A stretch of 64,000 bases of DNA, taken from assembly GCA_963667175.2 (NCBI GenBank), contig CAXXXF010000014.1, positions 288,001 through 352,000 of the forward strand. Direction: 5' to 3'. The stretch's first letter is position 1. Every line of letters starts with the position of its first letter. A program made the position numbers and the translations under genes. This document shows, piece by piece, positions 45,345 through 55,316 of the stretch. Source of the stretch: Candidatus Latescibacterota bacterium (lineage in GTDB: Bacteria > Latescibacterota > UBA2968 > GCA-2709665). Below the pieces are notes generated by a model, which was given only the letters and a program-made list of their open reading frames with translations, was not told the DNA's origin and did not search any database.

Positions 45345-45412
45345 GGACAGACAGGAACGTCTGCCCGCCTGCGCATGCCAGTGACGCTTTGGCAGGCAGG
45401 CCCCACCCTCAA
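45345..45412. repeat. R5 repeat with nested R4
   Basis: Same composite as 40738-40806. Confidence 0.8.
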
Positions 45413-45688
45413 ACCGGCTTCCTCAGCATGCGATTCCAAGATACTTCCGCGGCGGCGAAAATTCAAGACGCGCGGCGCATGCGGTTGCGTCGCCCTAGCC
45501 GGGCAGACCATAGCCCCCGGCCGGATTTGAAATTTCTGCATCCAAAGCCGCAAAACAACTTTGATCTCGCGCCTTTTCCGTCTATATTTGAGACAAATCG
45601 ACAACAAACCGGGGTTTTTGACCAGGACTTCAAACGTAGTTCAGTCGTTACCCCACGGATCGTCTTTTCCAACGCAGGAGACAGGCAC

Positions 45689-46789
45689 ATGTCAGATCAG
45701 ACCGGCGGTCACGTCACGGTCTACGTCGGCACCTACACGGACGATCGGACCGAAGGCCTGCACATACTTCGACTCAAACCCTCCTCCGGAGAACTGGAAG
45801 CCGTCTCGAAGGTCCCCGACGTCCACAACCCCTTCTTCCTCGCCGAAGACGCGGGCGCACGGTTCCTTTATGCCGCCTGCGCCGTCGACGAATTCGACGG
45901 CAGACCCGGAGGCTGCATCAAGGCGTTCTCCATCGATCCCGGGTCCGGCGGCCTTACGCTGCTCAACGAAGAGCATGCCGGGGGCGACCTGCCCTGCTAT
46001 CTCAGCGTTGACCGCTCCGGCCGCTGTCTGCTGTCCGGGAACTACGGATCGGGCAGCCTGAGCGCGCTTCCCATCGATGGAAACGGCCATCTCGAACCGG
46101 TCTCACAGATCGTCCTGCACGAGGGATCCAGCGTCGACACGGGGCGGCAGGAGGCGCCTCACGTTCATTCTGTCGTTCTCTCGCCCGATCACCGATTCGC
46201 GTTTGCCGCCGACCTGGGTATCGACAAGGTCATGTGCTATGAACTGGATGCGTCGTCGGCCTCCATCGAGCCGACCGGGCAGGCGTTCGTGTCCACACGG
46301 GCCGGCGCGGGACCCCGGCACATCTCCTTCCATCCCGATGGCAGCAGGGCGTACGTGATCAACGAGCTCGACAGCACCATCGCCGTCTTTGACTACGAAG
46401 CGGAAACCGGATCCCTTGCCGAACGCCAGACCCTTTCCGCCCTGCCCGATGACTACGTCGGCGAGAACTTCTGCGCGGACGTCCGGGTCCATCCGTCCGG
46501 CCGTTTCCTCTACGGCTCCAACCGGGGGCACGACAGCATCACGGTGATGGCGATTGACGGCGCAACGGGCGAACTCTCGCCACTCGGCCACGAGCCATCC
46601 CGCGGCGCGTGGCCCTGGAACCTGGAATTCGATCCCGCCGGCAGATATCTCCTCGTCGCCAACCAGCGCGGCAACGCGGTCTCCTGTTTCCGGATCGTCC
46701 CTGACACCGGCGCCCTCGATCCCGTCGGCAGTCCCGTTGAGGTACCGGGCGCAGTCTGTGTTGAAATTCCATCCCCGGCCGTTCGATAA
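45689..46789 (+). CDS. 6-phosphogluconolactonase-like lactonase (7-bladed propeller)
   Basis: YVGTYT, NY..GS, RQEAPH.H, DLG.D, GAGPRH..FHP, LYGSNRGHDSI. Confidence 0.88.
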   Translation: MSDQTGGHVTVYVGTYTDDRTEGLHILRLKPSSGELEAVSKVPDVHNPFFLAEDAGARFLYAACAVDEFDGRPGGCIKAFSIDPGSGGLTLLNEEHAGGDLPCYLSVDRSGRCLLSGNYGSGSLSALPIDGNGHLEPVSQIVLHEGSSVDTGRQEAPHVHSVVLSPDHRFAFAADLGIDKVMCYELDASSASIEPTGQAFVSTRAGAGPRHISFHPDGSRAYVINELDSTIAVFDYEAETGSLAERQTLSALPDDYVGENFCADVRVHPSGRFLYGSNRGHDSITVMAIDGATGELSPLGHEPSRGAWPWNLEFDPAGRYLLVANQRGNAVSCFRIVPDTGALDPVGSPVEVPGAVCVEIPSPAVR

Positions 46790-46790
46790 C

Positions 46791-48011
46791 ATGGCGCCAT
46801 CCACCAACGACGGACCCCTCGCCGGATGTCGCGTACTGGAGATGGGCAGCACCGTTTCCGGCCCGTTCTGCGGCCGCCTCCTGGCGGACTTCGGCGCGGA
46901 AGTCATCAAAGTGGAGCCGCCGTCCGGAGACCCGGTGCGCCAGATGGGCAGACGCAGCCGGGGCCGCTCGCTGTACGCGGCCAGCATCCTGCGCAACAAA
47001 CATCTCATCTCGGTGGATCTCAGAACACCCGGGGGTCAGGACGTCGTCAAGCGGCTGGTGAGCGCCTGCGACGTGGTTGTCGAGAATTTCCGGCCGGGAA
47101 CGCTGGAGGCGTGGAACCTGGGTTACGACAGCCTCGCCGCGGTCAACCGCGGCATCATCCTCGTCCGAATCAGCGGGTACGGACAGACGGGCCCCTACCG
47201 CCACCGCCCCGGATACGGCGTGACCAGCGAGGCGGTGGGCGGACTCAGAGAGATCACGGGCGAGCCCGACCGGCCGCCCAGCCGTGTGAGTATCTCCCTC
47301 ACGGATTGCATTACGGGGCTGTACGCCGCATTCGGCGCGGTCATGGCACTCTTCTCCAGGAACCGAACGGGTCGCGGGCAGGTGATTGACGCGGCGCTGT
47401 ACGAGGGGGCGTTCAGCTTTATGGAACCCCATGTCCCGGCATTCGCCGCGCTGGGGGCCGTCCCCACCCGTACGGGGTCCAGGTTGCCGAACAGCACGCC
47501 GAACAACCTCTATCCCACGGCGGACGGGGACTTCATCCACGTCACCGCGGGCAACGACGCCACCTTCGAACGCCTCGCCGCGTGCATGGGCGCCCCGCAT
47601 CTTGCCGAAGACGAACGCTTCAGGACACCCACGGCCCGGTCGCGGCACGAGGACGACATCGACGGCATCATCGCCGACTGGACGTCGGGGCGTCCGCTCA
47701 CGGAACTGGAGCGCGAGCTGGACGCGAGTGCCGTACCTGCCGCCAGGATATTCACGCTGCGGGACATTTTCGCCGATGAACACTACCGTGCGCGAGATAT
47801 GCTGGTGGAAATGCCGGATGACGTGCTCGGGTCGGTCACGCTGCCGGGCGTGGTGCCCGGTCTTTCGGAAACGCCGGGCGCCGTGCGTTGGGCCGGGCGG
47901 GAAGTGGGGGTCGATACCAGGGACGTACTGACACGGGTCGCAGGATACGAAGCCTGTGAAATTCACGCGCTTGCCCGGCAGAAGACCATTTACGCGACGT
48001 CACCGCCTTGA
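46791..48011 (+). CDS. CaiB/BaiF class III CoA-transferase
   Basis: GPL.G.RVLE, LADFGAEVIKVEPP.GD, RNK, VVENFRPG, SGYGQTGP. Confidence 0.9.
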   Translation: MAPSTNDGPLAGCRVLEMGSTVSGPFCGRLLADFGAEVIKVEPPSGDPVRQMGRRSRGRSLYAASILRNKHLISVDLRTPGGQDVVKRLVSACDVVVENFRPGTLEAWNLGYDSLAAVNRGIILVRISGYGQTGPYRHRPGYGVTSEAVGGLREITGEPDRPPSRVSISLTDCITGLYAAFGAVMALFSRNRTGRGQVIDAALYEGAFSFMEPHVPAFAALGAVPTRTGSRLPNSTPNNLYPTADGDFIHVTAGNDATFERLAACMGAPHLAEDERFRTPTARSRHEDDIDGIIADWTSGRPLTELERELDASAVPAARIFTLRDIFADEHYRARDMLVEMPDDVLGSVTLPGVVPGLSETPGAVRWAGREVGVDTRDVLTRVAGYEACEIHALARQKTIYATSPP

Positions 48012-48067
48012 AATGCAGTAAGCTGGATGCAGCAGGTGGCCTGGCGCCCGGTGTACAGGAGACACAG

Positions 48068-49633
48068 ATGAACTGGCAGAAAGAAACCGATGAACTCGAC
48101 GCGCGTCGATCCTGGTCCAGAAAGATGGGCGGGGCCGAGAACGTCGAACGCCATCACGGACAGGGAAAGCTCACCATTCGCGAACGCATCGACGCCCTGG
48201 TGGACAGCGGCTCGTTCACAGAGGTCGGGAGCCTCAGCGGCACAGGCGAGTACGACGAGGCCGGCAACGTCGTCAACGTGCAGCCCGCCCCCTACATCAT
48301 GGGCGTGGCCCGCATCAACGGAAGACCCGTGGCCATCGGCGGAGAGGATTTTACCGTCCGGGGCGGCAGCAGTCCCGGCACCCACCGGCGAAAGGGCGGA
48401 CAGGGCGGCTTTATTGAGGACCTTGCATCCAAGTATCTCATTCCGCTCGTCAACCTCGCGGACGGGGCCGGCGGTTCGGTCCGCGGCGCCGTAAAACGGG
48501 GGTACACCGTATTCCCCGGCGTCAGCAGTTTCGGCCGCTCCGTCCAACTCCTCGGCGAAGTCCCTGTTGTATCCGCCGTACTCGGCAGCGCGGCCGGCGG
48601 TCCCGCCGGACGGGCCATACTCTCGCACTGGTCCGTCATGGTACGACGCACGAGCCAGATCTTCTCCGGCGGTCCGCCCCTCGTCAAGCGGGCGCTCGGG
48701 GTAGAGGTATCAAAGGATGACCTTGGCGGACCCCACATCGCGGTGGACGCGGCCGGCACGGTCGACAATGCGGTCGATACCGAACGCGAGTGCTTTTACA
48801 TGATCCGGCGATTTCTCTCCTACATGCCCCAGAACGTATGGGAACTGCCCCCCGCCGAGTCCAGCGACGACCCGGTTGACCGGTGTGACGAGGAACTGTT
48901 GTCAATCGTCCCAAGAGAACGCACCTCCCCCTATTCGATGCACCGCCTGGTCGAACTGGTAGTGGACAAGGGCTCCGTCTTTGAAATCCAGCCGACGTTC
49001 GGACGCGCGCTCATCACCTGCCTCGCCCGGCTCAACGGCCATCCGGTAGGAATCGTCGCCAACAACCCCATGGTGTCCGGCGGCGCGATGGGCGCCGGCG
49101 AAGCCAAAAAACAGACCCATTTCATCGAACTGTGCGACTGCTTCCACGTCCCGCTGATCTTTTTCGTGGACATCCCCGGATTCATGATCGGCGCCGCCGC
49201 CGAGCAGGAGGCGACCCTGCGCGAAGGGATGAAAGCGGTCTTCGCGATTCACAGGGTCCGTGTGCCCATCCTCACCCTTGTGATCCGGAAGTGTTACGGC
49301 ATGGCCGGAATGGCCGCCGGCGACATGGACGAACTGGACTTCAAGATCGCCTGGCCTTCCGGAGAGTGGGGCTCCCTCCCCATCGAAGGAGGCGTTGCCG
49401 CGGCCTACCGTCGGGATATCGCGAATTCCGAGAACCCGGAAGCCCGTGAGAAGGAACTTGAAGAGGAACTCCGACAGTTCGCGTCTCCATTCCGCTCCGC
49501 GGAAGCCTTTGCGGTCGAGGAAATCATCGATCCGCGCGAAACCCGCCCCTTTCTCTGCAACTTCATTTCCCTCACCCGCAACCGCCTCAAGAGCCTGCTC
49601 GGTCCCACCGATAAACGAGGCGTTTCGCCGTAG
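48068..49633 (+). CDS. Acyl-CoA carboxylase carboxyltransferase subunit
   Basis: GKLTIRERI..L.D.GSF.E, DFTVRGGS, VD.PGF.IG, IIDPRETR. Confidence 0.9.
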   Translation: MNWQKETDELDARRSWSRKMGGAENVERHHGQGKLTIRERIDALVDSGSFTEVGSLSGTGEYDEAGNVVNVQPAPYIMGVARINGRPVAIGGEDFTVRGGSSPGTHRRKGGQGGFIEDLASKYLIPLVNLADGAGGSVRGAVKRGYTVFPGVSSFGRSVQLLGEVPVVSAVLGSAAGGPAGRAILSHWSVMVRRTSQIFSGGPPLVKRALGVEVSKDDLGGPHIAVDAAGTVDNAVDTERECFYMIRRFLSYMPQNVWELPPAESSDDPVDRCDEELLSIVPRERTSPYSMHRLVELVVDKGSVFEIQPTFGRALITCLARLNGHPVGIVANNPMVSGGAMGAGEAKKQTHFIELCDCFHVPLIFFVDIPGFMIGAAAEQEATLREGMKAVFAIHRVRVPILTLVIRKCYGMAGMAAGDMDELDFKIAWPSGEWGSLPIEGGVAAAYRRDIANSENPEAREKELEEELRQFASPFRSAEAFAVEEIIDPRETRPFLCNFISLTRNRLKSLLGPTDKRGVSP

Positions 49634-49998
49634 CGTCGCTACGCAGCCCCTCCGCCCCCAAAGCCACGTCTCCCCGGGTGAGACGGAAGACGGGAGAGGG
49701 GAGATAATGACATCGCGTCCACAGGATGACGATATGGGCTGGCGTTGTCAATTCATCAATTCGCGAAGACCTGTCTCCTGCGCGAAACCAATTATCGAGT
49801 GGGTTGTCCGACGAAAGGCGCCCTGTCAGGACGCGATAGATAAACCGCAGGCGGACCAACTCGTCTACCGTCTTCCGTCTCACCGCCTTAGTGTTACCCA
49901 TGTCCCAGAACACCTTTCGGTAATGTATGTAATCTTGATATATTGTATGAAATCTTGTATATTTATACATAAACCAGATACCATCGAAGGAGGCATAT

Positions 49999-50313
49999 AT
50001 GCCGCGTGACAGGACGTTACACATCAAGCTCGATGAAGAGACGGACTCGATGCTCAGAAGATTGGCGGAGATCCGCCGGAAGAGCAGAGGACAGCTTGTC
50101 CGGGACGCGATATCGGCATGTTATCAGACGGCGTTCGCCGAGTTGCCGCTCCGGCAGAGCCGGGCGCTCGCCGCCTATCGGGGCGGGTACATCAGCCTCG
50201 GGAAACTCGCCAGGGAAATGGGCATGCACGTGTTGCAGCTGAGAGCCTGGCTGAACGAACACGGCATTCCCCAGCGCAACGTGTACGGAGACGAGGACGC
50301 CGCACGTGCCTGA
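49999..50313 (+). CDS. RHH/CopG plus UPF0175-like antitoxin
   Basis: N-terminal RHH pattern; YRGGYISLGKLA.EMG. Confidence 0.7.
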   Translation: MPRDRTLHIKLDEETDSMLRRLAEIRRKSRGQLVRDAISACYQTAFAELPLRQSRALAAYRGGYISLGKLAREMGMHVLQLRAWLNEHGIPQRNVYGDEDAARA

Positions 50314-50818
50314 ATCCGGCGCCCGTTCTTATCTCGACACCGTTACCCTGAGCAATTTCGCCCTCTCGGGCCGCATCGACGTGCTCGTTGCGAGATACGG
50401 ACGGCGCGCAATCGTCCCGCAGCAGGTCCTCGACGAGATTGCAGACGGTATCGTCACGGGATATTCGGATTTGCGGGGGGTTGAGGCGGCGGTTGCAAAC
50501 GGGGAATTCAGCAGCGCGGAAGGCTTCTCCGCGGAAGAACGCGAGTTCTACCGTAATCTGCTGCGGACCCTGTCGCCGGGAGAAGCGTCGTGCGTAACCC
50601 TCGCGCGAACCCGCGGGGGCGTTGTCGTCACGGACGACCGGACGGCCAGAAACCGCTGCTTCGATGACGGCGTTCCCGTTACGGGAACGATCGGAATCCT
50701 CAAAGCGTGCGTGCTGGATGGAATCCTGTCGCCCCGGGAAGCCGATGACGCTCTGCGAGCGATGACGGCTGCCGGATATTACTCAGCGGTCAGCAGTATC
50801 AGCGCCGTTGTCCGGTGA
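50306..50818 (+). CDS. PIN-domain (DUF3368-like) toxin
   Basis: LDT..LSNFA, LS.GEA, TDD..AR, GTIGIL. Confidence 0.8.
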   Translation: MPESGARSYLDTVTLSNFALSGRIDVLVARYGRRAIVPQQVLDEIADGIVTGYSDLRGVEAAVANGEFSSAEGFSAEEREFYRNLLRTLSPGEASCVTLARTRGGVVVTDDRTARNRCFDDGVPVTGTIGILKACVLDGILSPREADDALRAMTAAGYYSAVSSISAVVR

Positions 50819-52705
50819 CGAAGACACGCGGCCGGCGGACCGGCGGTTCATGAACGCGACGATTCCGGCAACGAGGACGGCGGACCCCTGAATCCAGACC
50901 CGCAAGCCGCCGGAAGGGGTGAGAAAGAGGACAAGCGCCGCAGCGAGCAGGATGCCGCGCTGCCAGGGATTCAGAGGGGCGAAGCCGTACCCGGAGATAG
51001 CCGCGGCCAGTGGAAGAATCCCGGCGAACACGACGAGGACGTTGACGACGGTCGACGCAAGGTCCGTGGAGACGAGAAGCAGTTCGGGATGCAGTACGAA
51101 GGCGTAGGGCAGGGCGAAACCCACCAGGGCGAAACGAAATGCCGCGAGGCCCGTGCGCATGATGTCCGCCTTCGCGATTGCGGCTGCGGTGTAGGCGGCC
51201 AGCGCGACGGGCGGCGTCACCATCGACATCATCCCGAAATAGAAGATGAACAGATGCGCCGCCAGGGGCACAACGCCCAGTTCGCCCAGGACAGGGCCGA
51301 CGAGCGTGGCCATCAGGAGATAGCAGACGGCCGAAGGCAGGCCCATTCCCAGGATGATTGTGGAAATCATCAACAGAATCAGGGCAAGGACGAGGTTGTT
51401 CTGCGCCAGCGGCAGAATGGCGCCGGGCAGCCTGGCGCCGACCCCCGTGAGGGTGACCACCCCGATGATGATGCCCACGCAGGCAGCCGCCGCGATGAGG
51501 GACACGCCGCCGTGGGCCGCGCCCTCCACGGCGCGCAGCAGCGAACGGGGCCCCATGCGCGTCGACGGCTTCAACGCGGCCGCCAGGAGCGTGCAGACCA
51601 GGGCGATGCTGACCGCCCGGAACGGCGTATACCCGAGGACGATCAGCACGATCAGGCTCAGCAGCGCCACGAGGAATACAACGCCTGGGGCGCTCCGGGG
51701 GCGATCCGGGGGACGTTCATCGCCCGCGGCAACCCGGATGCGCCGGGCGTGAAAGTGGACGATCAGCAGAAGCGCGGTATAGTAGAATACCGCGGGGATG
51801 AGCGCCGCCCTGACGATCTCCAGGTAGGTGACCGCCGGATCGACCATCTCCAGCATCATGTAGGCGCCCGCGCCCATAATCGGCGGCGCCAGCGCACCGC
51901 CCGAACTGGCGGCCGCTTCGATCCCCCCTGCCGCCACGGGCCGGAATCCTGCCGAACGCATCATCGGAATTGTAAACGTACCGGTTGTGGCCGTGTTCGC
52001 GACCGCGCTCCCGGAAAGTGATCCCATGATCCCTGACGAGACGACGGCAACCTTCGCGGGCCCGCCGGTGCGCCTTCCGAAAAACCTGCGCGCGGTATCC
52101 AGTACGTACCCGGTCGCGCCCGTCCCTTCCAGCGTCGTGCCGAACAGAACGAAGAGAAAGACATACGTGAACATCACCTTCAGCGCGATGCCGAACACGC
52201 CCTGCGAATGCAGAAAGGTCTGGGAGACAATACGCTCCCAGCCGTACCCCCTGTGAGGAAAGAGCCAGTCGGGCATGACGTGGCCCAGGGCGGCATACGC
52301 CAGGAACGCGAGAGACAGCAGCGGCAGCGTGGGCCCGATCGCACGGCGGGTCGCTTCCAGGATGAGAATCAGACCGACCAGGCCGACCGCCCAATCCAGC
52401 GGAAGTTCCAGACCCGCGCGATTGCCCAGACTGCGGCCGCCCAGCCAGAAGGCTTCGAAGACCGGTTCGGTCTGAATCACCACGTAGCCGAAGCAAAAGA
52501 GTACAGCGGCAACGAAAAGCAGGGCCAGTGGTCTTCTCCTGGCAACTCCGGTACCGACCTGCGGCTTCAGGAATACAAGACTCAAGCCCAACATGGCAAA
52601 GAAAGCCAGTTGGGCTTGAGGCGTCAGTCCCGGATAGTTGACCTCAGCCAGGACGAATAAACTCAGCAGGACCGCCAGGATGCGAAAAAGCCATGTCTCG
52701 AGCAT
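50783..52705 (-). CDS. TRAP transporter fused 4TM/12TM permease
   Basis: GGPAKVAV.SS..MGS.SGSAVAN, PPIMGAGA, LGMGLP, TPPVALAA. Confidence 0.92.
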   Translation of the reverse strand: MLETWLFRILAVLLSLFVLAEVNYPGLTPQAQLAFFAMLGLSLVFLKPQVGTGVARRRPLALLFVAAVLFCFGYVVIQTEPVFEAFWLGGRSLGNRAGLELPLDWAVGLVGLILILEATRRAIGPTLPLLSLAFLAYAALGHVMPDWLFPHRGYGWERIVSQTFLHSQGVFGIALKVMFTYVFLFVLFGTTLEGTGATGYVLDTARRFFGRRTGGPAKVAVVSSGIMGSLSGSAVANTATTGTFTIPMMRSAGFRPVAAGGIEAAASSGGALAPPIMGAGAYMMLEMVDPAVTYLEIVRAALIPAVFYYTALLLIVHFHARRIRVAAGDERPPDRPRSAPGVVFLVALLSLIVLIVLGYTPFRAVSIALVCTLLAAALKPSTRMGPRSLLRAVEGAAHGGVSLIAAAACVGIIIGVVTLTGVGARLPGAILPLAQNNLVLALILLMISTIILGMGLPSAVCYLLMATLVGPVLGELGVVPLAAHLFIFYFGMMSMVTPPVALAAYTAAAIAKADIMRTGLAAFRFALVGFALPYAFVLHPELLLVSTDLASTVVNVLVVFAGILPLAAAISGYGFAPLNPWQRGILLAAALVLFLTPSGGLRVWIQGSAVLVAGIVAFMNRRSAGRVSSSPDNGADTADR

Positions 52706-52706
52706 G

Positions 52707-53705
52707 TCAGTTGGGCCAGATTCCGATTTCCCTGTAAAACCTGATCGCCCCGGGATGGAACGGTGTGCCGGTATCCCGAATCACGTTCCCAGGCTGGATG
52801 GCTTTGCCCGCGGGATGCTTCTTCACCACGTCCGCGCGGTTCTCGTAGAGAATCCTGGTAAACCGGTAGACCGTCTCCTCGTCCAGGGCGGCAGGCGTCA
52901 CAAGGTGCATCGAGCCCACGTTCATGCCGTCGAAGGCCTCCGCCTGGCCGCGATAGGTATTCGCCGGAATACTTGCCGCATTGAAGAACGGATAGTCCCG
53001 GAACAGACGTTCTTTTTCGGGAACGCCGAAGGGTATGAAGCGGACGTCCTGCGAAGCGCTCGCCTGGGTGATGGACGCCGTGGGCACGGCGCCGCCCAGA
53101 AAGGCCGCGGCGGCGGACCCGTCCGCGAGCATATCCACGGCGCCGGCCTGCGTATTGTGCAACGGGCTGAAGTCCTCGTAGGTGACACCGTGAGCATTCA
53201 GTATCGGCGCGAGGAAATACTCGAACCCGGCGCCGGCGGGGCCAACGACAACCCGTTTGCCCCTGAGATCGCCGATGGCGCGGATTTCCGTGCCTTCCGG
53301 CGTCACGAAGAGAGCGATATTCGGGGCCAGCGTCATCACGGCGTTGATGGCCTGCTTTTCGCCCCAGGCGCCCTCGCCCCGCACCGCAAAATACGATATC
53401 GCGGCATTGGCCAGCGCGAAATCCAGCTCCCCGCGCACGAGCCGGCGGATGTTCTCCTGCGTCCCCTTGGTCGCCTCCGCGGATACGTCCCACGACAGGT
53501 CGCCCGCGCGGTCGTCCACGACCTGCGCGATCGCGCCGCCGACCACAAAAAACGCGCCCCCCGGCGGCGCGGTGCCGACGCTCAGGAACCGGCGCTGGGG
53601 CTCGGTCGTTTCCCGCCCGCTGTCCGGCGCCTCGCATCCGAACGCAACCAGAAGGATTGCAATCGCTGCGCCGGCAACGCGTGTCATGCCCTCAAACCGG
53701 TCCAT
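52707..53705 (-). CDS. TAXI-family TRAP solute-binding lipoprotein
   Basis: Lipobox-like AFGC, GTAPPGG.F, AT.G..EN, DLRGKRV.VG..G.G, PFHPGA.RFY. Confidence 0.9.
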   Translation of the reverse strand: MDRFEGMTRVAGAAIAILLVAFGCEAPDSGRETTEPQRRFLSVGTAPPGGAFFVVGGAIAQVVDDRAGDLSWDVSAEATKGTQENIRRLVRGELDFALANAAISYFAVRGEGAWGEKQAINAVMTLAPNIALFVTPEGTEIRAIGDLRGKRVVVGPAGAGFEYFLAPILNAHGVTYEDFSPLHNTQAGAVDMLADGSAAAAFLGGAVPTASITQASASQDVRFIPFGVPEKERLFRDYPFFNAASIPANTYRGQAEAFDGMNVGSMHLVTPAALDEETVYRFTRILYENRADVVKKHPAGKAIQPGNVIRDTGTPFHPGAIRFYREIGIWPN

Positions 53706-53741
53706 CGAATCTCCTCTCTCCATTCGGTTCCGTGTCTCCAA

Positions 53742-55040
53742 TCAATTCCGCGTGTCTTCCGCAATACAATAGAGGTGGCTGCGCCCCCGCAAATAGAGGT
53801 CGTCCCCCACAACAACCGGCGACGCCCCGCTCCCTTCGTCCAGGGTGTTCTTCGCCAGAACCTCGAATTCAGGGCCGTTCCTGACAACGAGCGTGGTACC
53901 CTCGAGGTCGGAAATGTACACGCGGCCGCCGGCGCCTACCAGCGACGCGTAGACGAAGCCCATCCCGTCAATGCGTTCCGGCCCGAAGAGTGGCTTCCCG
54001 GTGCCCGCGTCATAGCAGGACAGGATCGCTCCCCGGCCCTTCATGAGAAACAGCCGGCCGCCGTAGAGCAGGGGTGACGACACATAGGGTGTGTTCCGCG
54101 CGATCGACCATACAACCGAGTTCGAACCCGAGACGTCGCCCTTCGCCCTGGCCAGATCAATTGCCTGCATGGCGGGGTCCCTGTGGCCGCTGGCCACGTA
54201 CACCACCCCGTTTTCGTACAACGGCGTCGGAATCACGTTCGTCCCCAATCCGCCGCATTCCCAGATCAACGCACCGGTCTTCAGGTCGTAGCCACGGGTG
54301 CGGCGCGACGCGCTGACGATCACCTGGATCCGGCCGCCGTGGTCAATAGGCAGCGGCGTGGACCAGGAGGTCACCTCATCCCGCGCCTTGCGCCAGAGTT
54401 CCCTGCCCGACGATTTGTCCAGCGCGACAATGAATGAGTCCCCTTCGTGGTCCCAGTTGATCACCAGCGTGCTGCCGTGGATCATTGGCGAAGCCCCCTC
54501 GCCGAAAGCGGCCCTGCTCCAGTATTTGCCCAGATCTTTCTCCCACTTCAGATTGCCGTCCATGTCGAGGCAATAGAGCCCCTGCGACCCGAAATACGCA
54601 AAGAGGTGTTCCCCGTCCGTAATGCCCGAGGGTGACGCAAACGACGCCGTCCGGTGCATTCCCTCGTGCGGCCGGGCCTCCCGGACCGTCTTTTCCCAGA
54701 TGGTTTCTCCGGTCCCGCGATCCAGGGCCAGGACCCTGTATTGAAACAGATTGGGCGGGGGTTGGCGCCTTCCCCCTCCGGTGTTCTCCACAACCTTGTC
54801 AGTCATGACGGCTGTCTGCACGAAAATCCGCTCGCCCCAGACAACCGGCGTTGCGTGGCCCAGACCGGGAATGGGCGCCTTCCATCTGATATTCTTCCCT
54901 TCGCTCCACTCAACGGGCGGATTCGCCCCGTCGACCAGCCCGTTGCGGTTCGGTCCGCGCCAATGCGGCCAGTCTGACGCGGCCGGTCCGGTTGAAACCA
55001 GCAGACAGAAAACAGAAAAGGCCAGCGTCATCCGATTCAT
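53742..55040 (-). CDS. Secreted PQQ-binding-like beta-propeller protein
   Basis: Signal peptide, WPHWRGP, repeated G...W blades, SP motifs. Confidence 0.85.
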   Translation of the reverse strand: MNRMTLAFSVFCLLVSTGPAASDWPHWRGPNRNGLVDGANPPVEWSEGKNIRWKAPIPGLGHATPVVWGERIFVQTAVMTDKVVENTGGGRRQPPPNLFQYRVLALDRGTGETIWEKTVREARPHEGMHRTASFASPSGITDGEHLFAYFGSQGLYCLDMDGNLKWEKDLGKYWSRAAFGEGASPMIHGSTLVINWDHEGDSFIVALDKSSGRELWRKARDEVTSWSTPLPIDHGGRIQVIVSASRRTRGYDLKTGALIWECGGLGTNVIPTPLYENGVVYVASGHRDPAMQAIDLARAKGDVSGSNSVVWSIARNTPYVSSPLLYGGRLFLMKGRGAILSCYDAGTGKPLFGPERIDGMGFVYASLVGAGGRVYISDLEGTTLVVRNGPEFEVLAKNTLDEGSGASPVVVGDDLYLRGRSHLYCIAEDTRN

Positions 55041-55316
55041 AACGCGCTCCTTTCACGACATAAGACCCCAGAAGCCCGACTTCGCGCCTTCAACTGAAGA
55101 TACGCTCTGCGACTCCGGAATTGAACTCTTATTTTGGTTGCCAAGCCCCAGCCAAAAATACCTCACCATTCTTCCGCCGATTCATCCCGTCTCGCCGCGT
55201 TGCCATCGCTCGCCGACCTGGCCAGGTCGCCTGCGCTCTGGCGCCTTGCGAGACGGGCGACTCGACGGCCGAATTCAGGCAACTTATTTCCGGGACAGAA
55301 CACTAGCGTGCAGGCC